Shown: positions 51,531 through 64,000 of the stretch, piece by piece
Layout: each line of letters opens with the position of its first letter
Numbering within the stretch: position 1 is the stretch's first letter
Source: Octopus vulgaris
Lineage: Eukaryota
Reading direction: 5' to 3'
NCBI GenBank assembly: GCA_951406725.2
Contig: OX597825.1
Coordinates: forward strand, 89,218,001 to 89,282,000
Length of the DNA stretch: 64,000 nucleotides
Notes under the pieces: model-generated
The model's input: the letters and a program-made list of their open reading frames with translations, nothing else
What the model was told of the DNA's origin: nothing
The model's database searches: none
Translations under genes and position numbers: made by a program

Positions 51531-53599
51531 TGTGTGCGTGTGTGTATACCTTACAGTTGTAGTTTTCATGGCGCATCTCAACACAATACGTTGTTTTTGC
51601 TCTCGTTTGCATTAAAGAGATGTGAAGACAAGAAATGGCAGATTTAAATGTTTTCCTTTCCTACAATTTGTAGTTTGAGTGTATTGTTCATTTTCAGTTA
51701 TTTCAGTCGATAAATTCTATATGTGTTTATTATTCTTTGTTATCATTTTGTTTATTATTAAGAGTGTTCATTGTCATAATATTCAATGAATTTATTCAAC
51801 CGTGCTCTGCTGCCTCTGTGTGTTTGTGAGTGAGTATGTATGCGTATATGTTGCCTAATTGTTGTTGTTACTGAGACATTGTGTGCATCTGTAGGAGTGT
51901 TCTTTAATCTCCAATATTAATTATTTTCATCAAGATGTGCAACGATCAAACATACACAAGTGTGAAAATACTAATATATTTCGATCATAAATATCATCAA
52001 TGCAGCAAAATTTCACGCTGCTGAATCCGTATGAATGGTTTAATGAATGTAACTCTGGAATCAATACAGGTCTTCGAGACAGAAATTGTTGGTGTAGAAA
52101 GTATTCATCGAAAATATTTTTAAACGCAGGATAATTTGGGCGTCAAGAACAAGATGTAATTTTAGACGTAACATTATTTGTTGTATTTTTATTTTAAGAT
52201 TCAATCCGAAAAAGAAAACTGTTCTTATGTATCACAAAGTTTTTCATGGTCTCTGGATTTGACTGAGAAAAAGGAGTGTTATCACCAAATAGGGGAGCTG
52301 GACCAAATGTTTGCCAGCGAGAGAAATCCGCTGAAGTTAACCAAGGACTTGATGAGAGTGTTAAACGCAATGGTGTGTTAGGTTTACTATCCAAAGACCA
52401 GATGAAAGTGTGACTGAAGAATTCCTACCAGTGAAAAACATACATGGAAAAGAGGCAACACTCATGGCGCAAAATATTTTCTTCAAAACTGGAAGTATTC
52501 CAGCAACCCGCCGCTTTCGTTGACTCTTTTTGTTGTCGAGGCCGAATCGATTTGAGCCAAAGAAGTTGACCTCGCCGAGATTTGAACTCGGAGTTGCGGG
52601 AGTTGATACTAACGCCATAAAACATTTTGGTCATTGATCTAATAAATTTGCCAACACACCATTGTCTTTCAGACTTAGGTCTCCCCACACAAGCATTGTT
52701 CTATGTTCAAAAGTATTACAACCGGGACACTCTCACAATTTTCCGTATAAGTTCATGTTTATTCAATGTAACCTTCACTGCTTTTGGCGATAGTATGTAA
52801 TATGCGGAAGTGTTCCTGTTTTTTGTATGTTCAGCGACTCCATTTGAGACTCCTCCGTAGGTTGGAAATAATGATCTATCTTTGAAAACATGGTTAATTT
52901 GGCCGTGACCCATAAGAAACAGTAAATCGTCTGACTTTAAACGTCTATCTATGCATATTTGTCCACATCTCATACAACAAAATTTTACAGTTCAAAGCCC
53001 CAAATGGATACACTCTTGGCCGCATAGCAGCTATGAAACCAATTAATTCCCTAAAGCTTTACCCAGCAATGCAGCTATGGTGACGCCTCTTTTTGAACTA
53101 CGGAGAATGCCATTATACGTCGCACAGCCCTCATCCTATCGAAATTCTCAAATGATGGCTGATTCCTCTGCTCCCTTTAATCAGTATCCCCACAGAGAAG
53201 CCCATTTTGCATCCAACTCATGGCAGCCTATGTTCACACTATCAGCTTCAATCCAACCATGCCTTCCCCAACGATACACACAATACAACGAGAAATTTAC
53301 CAAGGCTGATTCAAACCAGCAATGCTGCCATCTTAATATCTTACTTACTGCTCTCATAATACTGCATACGAGACCTTACTTTAATGCTCCTTAGCTTCGT
53401 CAATATCACACTCTCTTCTAATCAATGGGAACACATTAGAATATGCCCAATTTCTCCCAAATATCTCTGGCCCTGACAATAGCCATATTACTGCACTCCC
53501 AATATTTCGAAAGGAAAGGAATAATAGCTAACGAGAACAATTCTTTCTCAATCTTTCTCTCTCTCTCTCTCACGCGCGCTCGCCCCCCACCCCACCCAA

Positions 53600-54330
53600 T
53601 AATGACCATTAGTGTGCTGTACTTTCCTAAATACAGACGTATTCGTGATCTAATCTCTTATGTCTTTCACTCAAGAGAAATTCTTTGAAAGCAACGCTTT
53701 TGTCCTAGACACCTGTAAAGCTTTTGACTGGATCTGTTATAGGAATTAACGGGAGTCTTTTGTCTACGCTTTTTTTCCGTTATAGAATGAGGACCTACTT
53801 GCCAATAAGTCCAATAAACCCCCATTTTAGGCATACAATATGATATTTTATTCCTTCTTGACATTTCCCAAACTGGCGTCATCCACTCATCATTTTAGCA
53901 TTGATTCCACTCACGGAATTCTTCAAACACTCTCCAATGGGTCCAGTTTTGTTTCTTTCATTATCTTTCAATAACAATACTCCATGAACTGTCAAAAATT
54001 CAAGAAATTATTGTACTATCTACTTTTCAAGCATAAGCAACAGCTACAGTCCTCATCTTTGCTTTAAAAGTTAAGATTTAGTATAACTTAAGGACCAGTC
54101 TCGTCATTACTTCGAGTGTTGCCCAAAACAGAATCTTGCTCCTATATGTATGATTCTATCTGCCTCACAGACATCCTAGATAGTATGTAGAGAAAGGCCA
54201 CTCATCTGACTGGCATGATGCCATTTTGATACTCGTAACATTCACTAACTCATAACCTTACTCTCTTCTTTCTCTGTCGCTACTACAACGGTGTTTGTTC
54301 CTTACAGTTGATTGCTTCATGCATCCTTAT
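53600..54330 (+). mobile_element. Old CR1/L2-group LINE RT relic
   Basis: VLDTCKAFDWI (cf. LDISKAFDRV), MGPVLF, and RYYNGVCS (cf. YRYYxGxCSxEL). Confidence 0.55.
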
Positions 54331-55127
54331 CTTAAACAGGCCTGACAAAATAGTTTTTTTACTTATCGAGATTTGAACTCAGTACGTAACTATACATGAT
54401 TATATACAGGAATGCATTTTCTCCGTCATTCTCGGTGTAAGTGGTATGGACGTACTAGCATCATAGCAATCATCATGGCCACCACCACGAAACTAAAGAT
54501 CTACTCCGACCAATTTTTCTGAATTACCAATAATCAACGTCATTTATAACAGTGATTTCATTTGTGCATTTTAATTGCACTTAAATGAACTTGGTCTCTA
54601 TTGTTTAATTCTCTTCCATTTTCGATCTTCAATCCATCTCAAATTTTAACGATGACTAAGCGGAATTGTGTATACATCAGTGCATGCATGTGTGTGTGTG
54701 TGTGCGCGCATGTGTGTGTGTGTTGTGATTAAGTTATTGAACAGAGATTTATCCAGCTTGAAATAAATCGATTTCTATACATATCGCTTTCACCCCCACC
54801 TTTTTTTTTTCATTTAATAATATTGTTATTCCATAGATTGAGTCTCTTTCTTTTCGGACAAATGTAAAGGAACTAATGAAGCATTTAGTTAAACGCACCG
54901 ATTCCATTTCTTTCTCGTTGAACATTTTCTTATTAGTTTTGACATTCAAAATAACATATAAATAATATATCACTGGAGAACAAAATACTACATTCTCCAT
55001 TTCATAATACGGATGCCATAGTTAAATATATTTCAGTTGGATTATTCCACTATGAAGAGATATTTGTATTTCAATTACACGGTAACGTCACAATGCACAC
55101 ACACTCACTCACTCACTCACTCACTCA

Positions 55128-55208
<81 letters not shown>

Positions 55209-55224
55209 GAATATGTATAGGTTA

Positions 55225-55830
55225 AAAATAATGAGTCTTCGACAGCTGTTTCTGGGATATCCCAGCCATTAGGAAAGGCTCCATAAGTTAGGTAAACTGT
55301 CACCAGGGAGATATAGATTAGAGAATGGAAGAAAGTTCCTCATCAATGATATTTGCTGCAGTTCATTATGTCCAAGAGCAGGGAGAGGTCCAATTAAATC
55401 CAGTTAGATCGGGTCTTCCTCGGGTAAATCCACTATTAGAGAGAATAATTAGATAGTACTCCATGGTGAGTGAAAAGAATGGTTAGATAGTACTCGGTAG
55501 AAAGGGAAAATGACTGCCGGCAGTTCAAAAGCTGTACAAATACTGAGAGAAGAAATATGCACTGGGCTGAGAAAGATGTGTTGATAAGAGCTTTGTACTA
55601 GATATATACTATACAGTAAAGCGAGGGGTACTTCTGTCCAGGGAAATTAGAGGGAGAGAGCGCAAAGACGAATGAGGGGTATTCCTATCCAAAGAAATTA
55701 TAAGGAGCAAATGTAAAAATAACAGAAAAAAATAAAACAGATGCCAGACTCACAAGGCTGGGTAATGAGAGGGGGTATGTGTAGGTAACTAGGCGGAGGT
55801 AAAAAAGATATACGTCATCTGTAGTGGATG
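55225..55830 (-). mobile_element. Probable Penelope-like 3' region (family C) with degenerate hammerhead
   Basis: ttc-CTAATGG-ctgggatatccca-GAAA-CAGCTGTC-gaa at about 55238-55275; purine-skewed upstream sequence; extent uncertain. Confidence 0.4.
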
Positions 55831-55844
55831 GGTTGGTTGTTGGT

Positions 55845-56340
55845 TGGTGTACCCTTACGCCTGCAACATCATAGTACGGTTGATATCGTTGGCGATATAT
55901 AAAGAATACGCTGTAACAGTGTTATAATTACAAAATAGAAAAAGTGGCAGTAACACGTAACGAACCTGCGATCAAGAATTCCAACATTCTAACTCGAACT
56001 GTCAACTGTACCTAGACTTCGAGGACCAAACTACGTCAGACCGCTACTGTTTATATGTAGTGGTCTCGTCTATTCTCCTCAGAAGATGCTGTACTCTCGT
56101 CACAACATATCCCTTCTTGAGATTTTGACTTCTGAGGGAATAAAGAAATTTTATTTATTCTTATTATTTAATGGTATCTTTTTCGCCTCAACTCAAGATT
56201 TTCGGTCTGCTTCCTTATTCTCATGTTTCTACTGCACGTCATTGCATTAGGTGTTGGGACATCAAAAAATACTTCCATATAAATTTCTCTCCCTTCTTCG
56301 GTATGTCTCTTCTTTAGCTGAGTTATGTATTTCTAGCATG
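55845..56340 (-). mobile_element. Second copy of the gypsy 3' end (pol tail, PPT, 3' LTR)
   Basis: Reverse complement matches 23100-23640 (atggaagtattttttgatgt; aaatctcaagaagggata|tgttgtgacgagagtac; gagaatagacgagaccactacatataaa). Confidence 0.88.
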
Positions 56341-56766
56341 TCAGTATTAGGTTTAGTTAAAACATACATTTTTGGACTTCAAGGTAGGCCCAGGCGACAC
56401 TGTCGGTTAACAGCTTTACTCAGTCTGTGATTGGCTGAATTAACTAGCTCTCTCGGACAGGCGTTCCCTATTACGTCCGATTGCCTCTTACATAATGTGC
56501 CTGCCACCATGATTAAAAGGAGTTCCTTGAATTCCTAGCTTCACTTTTAAAGGACAACTGGCATGTTGTTTTGATCTGTCACAGTTTATGCTGGCCTCTC
56601 TCACACAAGGACATTCTTCTTCCACAGACGCTGGCAGAATACACCAAACTCAATGTCGTTATCTTCATGCTACCTAGAAACACTTCTATCAAGTCTCTTC
56701 TACATATACAAAGTACAACTAACATCTTTACGCATTCATTCATTTACTGTTAACACACCAGAGTCA

Positions 56767-57840
56767 TCTCTATAAAAAAGTTACACATATCTATAAGAAC
56801 ACAACTTACTTCTTTACAGGAAATCTTATGAATGTGTGAAGACATTCTGTCTGTCAGAAAACTGGCCGAAACTTCGAATTTCATACGAAAACTTTGTGAG
56901 TTCATGAAATATTTTCAATTTAGTTCATTTAATACTAGATCCAAGTTAGAGTGAGAAGTTTTATGTTCATGAGATTTCGAGGTTCCGTGGAGTTTCTGAA
57001 TTTCTGCCCATAACGAAATACTGAAGAAGTCGAAATTTTGGCCCAAATCGGACTTCCTGTAAAAAATTGGACTTTCACACCATATGAAACAGCCAGAATC
57101 GGACATTCAGCCGCGTCTGATTTTAGCCATATCCTACTTTCGGCCCCTGATTCAGAGTCATAAGTGAATTTCTGAAGTCCCATGGTGTGAACTGAGGAAT
57201 TTCATTTTATTTCTTACTCTTACGGAAAATGCTTTTGAAATGCACTAAGACAAGAGAGAGAGAAGAGCAGCAGAGACATGAAAGGAGGCACAAGGAAGGG
57301 GAGAAGCAGATGCAGCAGGGAAGAGAAGGTCAAGGGCTGCAGAATATGACAGTCTCCAAGAAGTTAAGCAGGCGCAGCTAGGAAGAAGAGACGATCTCAA
57401 GGTGCAGGAGATGAAAGTCAGACTCTTCTTAAGAAGAGAGGGGGATGCTGCAAATCATGGAAGAGCAAGATTTGAAAAACACCAAATCAAAGACGTGCCA
57501 GGCAAGTTAGTTATAATCGGAATCTTGCCAAAAGCAGTGCAGCTTCTTTTCCGAGACTGTCCAAGATAGCTTTTCAATACAACTATGACAGGGATTGTTC
57601 AACGCATCCCAATATATCTATTGGATCAATAACCGTTCAGTTCGAATATTGCGATGCCCTCAAATTCAAAGATGAACCTGCAATAAAAGAAAAATAGAGA
57701 TGGAAGATCTACCAGTTCCTCTAGAGCCGGTGTTATCACTTCTGGAAGGAAACACAGTTGAATCAAAACATTTTCTTCATCACATTATGACTTACAACTG
57801 TTATGCAATGACTTCATTTGGAGTCAAGGAGCTAATAAAT
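56767..57840 (+). mobile_element. Helitron RepHel N-terminal relic
   Basis: AFQYNYDRDCSTHPNISIGSI..CDALKFKDE, then PLEPVLSLLEG..SKHFL..YN..MTSFG, typical of animal Helitron Rep N-termini. The 5' boundary (A|TCtctataaa at 56767) is tentative. Confidence 0.75.
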
Positions 57841-58039
57841 GTCACATTTGTCTACACGTTGCATACACGTTCATGGAAGGTTTGTTTTGCAAATGTACAT
57901 CACGAGAGGTTAAGGCCATTTTTTACAACTAATTCCTAATTACGAATTTGATTCCTTCTCTGCAAAGATCCACATGAAGTATAGTAATGTTATCTCCGAG
58001 ATAGATACGAAACACATTTCCAGTTTTACGGAAATTTAT

Positions 58040-60665
58040 TATACTGAGCTTGTTGACCAAAACAAAACCAGTAAAAACATAGAAGGAAATCGCCAACCAT
58101 GGACATGCAGGTTAATGGTACACCAACAAGAATAAGAATAAGAAATCAACACATGCTTTACACCCCTTGATAAGTAATATGCAGAGGCTGTACTAACTGC
58201 AACTATCGAGCCACAGGCTTTTTTTAACGTAGCCCAAGGATGCAAAATATGCCACATCAAAGTGGTACATTTCCATGCACGAGACCGTCTCAGGTAATGG
58301 ACCTAGGATGACAACCACTAACAACAGTAACGCCTACCCAGATATCGCAACTATATTCCTATTAAACACCTGAGGTCTATTACAAGACAGTAACAGAGGT
58401 GTAATTCTCTGACAGAGCTTGCCGCATGAAACCAAGCCATATGCATGGTACTAATAGAAACGTTTCTAACTTCCAATATAAAAGATCTGGAAATACACAA
58501 AGCAGGGTCTGTTGCATTTCGTACAATTGGAAGAGCAAGAAGTCACAGAGGAGTTGCTTTGCACATACGAGTGGAATTTCACTCAGTTTGTGAAAACTTA
58601 ATGATACATATAAAGCAAATAGGTGAAGTTGTATGCGCAACATATCGTCCACCAAATATCTCGAAATATGATGGTAAACATGAGAATAGTCTCAGACACA
58701 GAGAAGAGGCATTGACAAGCCTGGAACAACAGATTACTATACTTCTCCTGGATGACTTCAACCTCCCAAATATTAAATGGCCTGAAAGCCACATCCTCAC
58801 CAGAGAAAAGAAAATCCCTAAGGGTCACCGATCAAAGGTTTAACACCGGTTGAGTAGGCAACTGCAGGAGATGAATGAGAGGAGGACGTCTTTTTTTAAG
58901 ACCGACGCGCTTCGAAATTGAAAACAAAGTTAAACTCTCTCACGAAAATGAGAGAGAGAAAGAGAATGAACAAACCCTAAAACTTTCTATGAAATTGCGA
59001 AGGAAACAATCACAGAACAATATAAATTAAAATCTCTATTCCAAGAGAATGGCTTAATGACCACAGATCCAAAAATGATTTAAGCTACGTTTCCTTGCAA
59101 GTGGTAAGCATCCTAAAAAGCTAAAAGAAGGCATTAGGTAGGAGCAGCGTACAGGTTAAAAACTAGTGGCCTATCTCTCTGACTTGGCATATGAATCATC
59201 AGAAAGAAATTCATAATTTTGCTAGAAGAAAATGACTGACTGAAAAACACACAGCATGGCTTCCGTTTAGGAAGAAGCAGTCTCACACAGCTCTTAGTGC
59301 ACTACAAGTGAGTTTTGAAACAGCTGCTTTACTATTCACATGTCAATACGATACATCTTGACTTCGCAAAAGTTTTCGATACGGTAGATCATGACATGCG
59401 ATATTCTGCAATACCTTGGCTTAGCTGGTAAACTAGAAGAGTGGATGACTGACATTCTTAAAAACAAAAGCCAGGCAGCTGCTGCCAAAAGTGACTTCTT
59501 CGAGGAAAATGAAATTCTAAGTGGCATCCCATAGGGAACTATCATAGGGCTGTTACTGTTTATAATAGCCCTCTTAGACATGGCCATGGTCGCTCAGACA
59601 GCCACTATCACTGGCTAAGCCGATGATACAAAATTATCACAGGCAATAAAGAATCCAGATGATTTCGAAAACTTACAGGAGGACCTGAATGCAATAAACA
59701 AGTGGGCTGACGTAAATAACATGCAATTTAATGTTGCGAAATTTCAAACACTGCGCTATCAGCCTACAAAGGCAGCGCAGCGTGCGTATACAAGAACCGA
59801 ATGCACTGCAACCCCATCTCAACAAGCAATAAAAGGAGACTCAGGCATCAGTATGTGCAATGATGCATCATTTTATATGCACGTTGCAAAGGTGGTAGCG
59901 AGGTGCAGACAACCGGCAAGATGGATACAAATGTACTTCAGGAAAAAAGACCAAGACGTTATGTGTGGCGTGTGGAAGACCCTTGTTCTTAGCCCCCTAG
60001 GCTACTGCTCTCAACTATGGAAACCAAAGAGTTCTAAACTAACAACGGAGCTTGAAGCAGTCCGTCGTCAACTACACAAAACAGATTGTAACAGTGCAGC
60101 TGATGAACAACAGGGACAGGCTGAAAAAGCTACGACTTTGCTTCCTGGAGCGAGGGCGCCACAAATATGTAACCATCTGCACATGGAAAATTCTGAAAGG
60201 GATAGTACCTAATTTCAGCATTGAGAGTTATACAAATGCCCGATCCGAACTGTACACCGATGTATTGTACCGAAGGTACCTCCATTCAGTCTGAATTCAG
60301 GACTAGGTACTACAATAGCTTAGATACCGTCCACGCCGTCTAAACGTAATAGTTTAGAGTTCTAAGGCCCTAAGCTCTATACTGCCTGCCAGAGAAATTA
60401 AGAAACCTACAATATGTGGACGTAGATGTCTTCAAAAATGAACAAGACATTCTCTATGTGACAATGGATAAATCAAGGTGAAGGCAGCAGTGTCAAAATC
60501 CTTCATATACCAAATATGACAAAAACCAGGGAAAAAGAACATACAGGCATGGTGATGGGAAACTTCATTATCCTGAAGAAATCAGCCTCAGAAGAACCAT
60601 ACGAACAAGTGCAAAACCACTGCGGTAATCCAGCATGACTGAAACAAATAAAATAATAAAAGAAT
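58040..60665 (+). mobile_element. Decayed, internally deleted CR1-group LINE
   Basis: ETFL..ATYRPPN..DDFNLPNIKW; QHGFRLGRS; LDFAKVFDTVDH; ADDTK; MQFNVAKFQ; YCSQLWKP; LERGRHKY. Confidence 0.88.
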
Positions 60666-61369
60666 ACACACAAACACACACACACAAATTTATAGGATAA
60701 GCGAATACAGGTTTTATAATGCAGCTTTTGCCGAATAACTAGTTGCATTGAATGTGAACGAAAATATGACGTATTAATCTTCAAAGAACCGTTTATCCGC
60801 AACAGTATAATTTTTCTCCGTTTTTAGATTATATGATGGGAAATTTAGTACACTGGTTTTATATCCGCCAAAAAGTACCAAATGTAAGAACTTCCATTTA
60901 TTATTCTATAAATGCCAATAAAACTGTGCTGAATAATAGAATCAGTAAAGAGGTGGCCACTATAACTTTCAGGATAAAGTGACAGCTCTTTCAGTTCTAA
61001 GCTGAGAATGTTACCGTAGTCTCATTTGCATTTCATCTCTCTAGGTTCGATAAAATATATTACTACTACAAGATCGATATAACCGACAGTTGTTCCTCAA
61101 GTATTATGCTCCAGAAATTTTTAGCAATAATTAGCTTTTTAGAGAGACATATATTTGTAGAATCGGTCGAGGAAGAGCTAAATTTGTATGTATTTGCATG
61201 TTTGAGACTTTGATTTAAAGTTAATTCATAGGAGTGAAATTTTCCTGCATTTACTAGCGCTCGACAATCAAGCTATAGCAGAGGCATGTATCAATGTAAA
61301 TATTACCACTCACGTAAACTTTGTGGACCTGTACCTATAATATTGTTTGTTTTTTTATCATTATTTACT

Positions 61370-62240
61370 CCACAGCTTTCCAATTTCTATTTCAAGGTTT
61401 TTATGCTTGCTCAGTTTTTGGTAGGTCTTGACATACATTTATGTCGATTGGGAGAGTCGTATCGATGAGGGAGCATGGTGTCAATATAGTGTCTGGCCTA
61501 TTAGCATCTATTTTTCTGTCAGTTTGAGGAGTAAAGTTCCAAAGCAGTGAGATGCGATCATTTTCAGGCACTGCTGGTAGTTTACGTTCCCACCAATGTT
61601 TATCACGGGGCGGGTCCAGGTCTTTGCAACTTATCCAGTGAATATATTCTGCTTCTCTACCATGCCTGTTGAAATAGGTTGCAGGTGCAAGAATGCTGCA
61701 CATGGAGACACCATGATCGCTAGTTTTATTTTGTTATTTACATACACAACATGCTGGTCACTGCCGTTCTTTCAGATGTCTTCCTGGTATCTACTTGTAG
61801 GTAGGCATTTTCTATTTCAAGGTTTTTTTATATTTGTTCAGTTTCGGTAGGCCGTGACAGATGCATTTAAGTCGATTAAGGCAGTCATAACTTCTTGTAT
61901 ATAGGCATTGGTAATCGCCTGCTATGATAAACCCTTTTGTCTCTTACTAAGCCAGGAGACACTAACCATTGATGGGCAAGGAGTTTGTTAACACCAGAAT
62001 TATTAACTCACCTTAGGATATCCCACCGAGAGGTTTTTCTTGCCATGTATCAGCAAGAATATCTAAGGCAGCAGCAGTTATAAGAAGGGTTTTCATCCGC
62101 TTAGTTTTTATCCCCAGCTTGTTTCCAATCTATCTAATTCTGATATTTTTTCTTTATGGAACTCAATTTCTTTGCTTGTTTTGTTATTGAGTATGCGGTT
62201 TTCTGGTTTTCATGTTTTGAGACAAGATTTAACATTATCT
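61370..62240 (-). mobile_element. Older R4/Dong LINE fragment
   Basis: CSILAPATYFNRH..LLWNFTPQTDRKIDANRPD and LVSKHENQKTAYSITKQAK are homologous to 12689-13723. Confidence 0.88.
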
Positions 62241-62923
62241 TTTGACTACTGTAAGATAAGAAGCAAGATGAGGAAGTAAATACCGCCAAAAGGCTGCTAA
62301 ATCGAAACGATATTTCTGACAAACGGAAGAATCTGTAACAGGGCCATCCCAAGTCACCCGTTTCCTACAAAACACGACGATTTTAATAGTGAATACAAAA
62401 GATGACCCCAGGAATGTCTTAAAATGCTTGTAGGCCTTGTCATATGTCTTTTCCCCTCCTTCTGGAAGTATACTTTCCTGCGCTTTTCCACTTTTGGGTA
62501 CTCTCCCCTATTGTATCCCTCGATCTTCTCCTTGAGTGCTACGCTCATGAGTGCAGTGATTTGGTCCCATCCAAGGAATACTATTGTATAAGTATAGTGT
62601 ATGTTATACAATAATAATCAATTGTATATCAGGAAGGGAACTGGAAAATATGAAGCTAACAATCTTGTCACCAAAACATTAACCTTCTAAAATGTCGCGC
62701 GTGCGAGTGTGTTCATCCTGGTCCCCCATCATAATCAGTGTCTAATGGCCTGTCGATGGAACGAATAAAATGGTAAAAAATTAAGAGTATAAGGATGCAT
62801 ATCGATATTCGCTACAAATGCTAGATGTCATGCTTCTTGTACAAGAATTAAGATGCTCATAAAAATGCAGTTGGAACTTAACATTTCCGGAGACAATAAT
62901 GAAAATTGCAATAATTAACGAAG

Positions 62924-62965
<42 letters not shown>

Positions 62966-63621
62966 GCGTAAAAATATGATGTTTTGACATTAAGTATGAT
63001 TTAGAAATGTCTGTGGCCATAGTGTAAAATATTTTCTACAAAGATGTGATCTATTATGCAACGGACACTTTTCTGATTGAACTTGAACAAGAGAAATAGA
63101 GATTATTTAATCATAATACATGAACATATATAGAAATATAAGCTTATCTGAGTATGGCAGTATTTCCTTCAGTGACGGTGACTTTAACAACTTAATGTAT
63201 ACAGTTACTTGATTTCCTATGGCGTGCGAAAGCTTCTGTTATTCTCTTAGACATGAAGCGAATATAGACCAACTGATATTATTGTTAAACTACTGTTTGG
63301 ATTCCTAGCCGCTAGCTCTCTTGGATATTTCATTGATTATTCTGTAGTGCTGTTATCGTATGTTTGAAAAGTGTCTCCCGGCTTTGTATTATTTTAATGC
63401 GGTTTCGTGTATTGCTCCGATTACACTGATACTTTCATATGTTGTACGCAATACAAAGTGTTGATCGTTATAATTTCCATTTAACAGTTCCACGTTTCCG
63501 ACCCATTGTCACATTTTGTTCACACACACGAGGTGTGTTTATAGACACACACCACACACACGCGCGCACACACGCACACACACACATACACGCACACACA
63601 CACACACATATATATATATAT

Positions 63622-63674
63622 AAAGGCGGTGCTCCAGCATAGCCGCAGTCAAATGACTGAAACAAGTAAAAGAG

Positions 63675-63675
<1 letters not shown>
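63622..63675 (+). mobile_element. Isolated SINE 3' tail
   Basis: aaggcggtgctccagcatagccgcagtcaaatgactgaaacaagtaaaagag. Confidence 0.8.
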
Positions 63676-63705
<30 letters not shown>

Positions 63706-64000
63706 GTGTGTGTGTGTTAGATAAAATGAGACAACAAAGCCAAGGGTGTATTGAATTTTCAAGGCATTTGTAAAGAGAAACCTAGTCTTTCTCTTTATAA
63801 AGCATTACCTTGGGTCTTCTGGATACCAATTCTTCACACACACACACACAAACACACACACACATACACGCAAATATATATATATATATACAGTTGCGGC
63901 CAAAATGTTCAGAACGGCATTGTTTTCGTCAGAAAAGTAAGTATAAGTTTTTATCAAAGTAGTTTTATGTTCTATAATTTTCACAGACAATAAATGCAAT

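Noticed and set aside
52716-52973. RRLKSDDLLFLMG as the missing first CAT exon
   Set aside because: One residue out of register, weak donor (gtcacg) and no other similarity; likely chance.
62250-62610. Possible solo LTR (TGTAAG...ATACA)
   Set aside because: No target-site duplication and no second copy.
1-64000. CRISPR arrays, rRNA, true tRNA genes, prokaryotic operons
   Set aside because: None seen; the tRNA-like boxes all belong to SINE heads and the sequence is eukaryotic.

Overview
AT-rich, microsatellite-dense animal genomic DNA; the SINE families and repeat landscape look like octopus/cephalopod (inferred, not confirmed). The only host coding sequence I can support is two in-phase minus-strand exons (12063-11944 and 6129-5934) of a cationic amino acid transporter (SLC7A/CAT, APC superfamily). 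The rest is intronic/intergenic and filled with mobile-element relics: R4/Dong LINEs (one inside a (TAA)n tract), CR1-group LINEs, Tx1 and RTE-like fragments, a gypsy element with two copies of its LTR, a maT/Tc1-mariner deletion derivative, a pogo-like MITE, tRNA-derived SINEs, Helitrons and Penelope-like ends. Most notable: (1) several hammerhead-ribozyme-like motifs in Penelope-like terminal repeats; (2) a 1.9 kb Penelope-like unit with 414-bp near-identical inverted arms around a core with a RIP-like TpA-rich, CpG/CpA-poor composition; (3) two oppositely oriented non-autonomous Helitrons carrying the same SINE and LINE cargo; (4) a perfect 130-bp-arm palindrome just downstream of a transporter exon. 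All calls are by eye; no searches were run.
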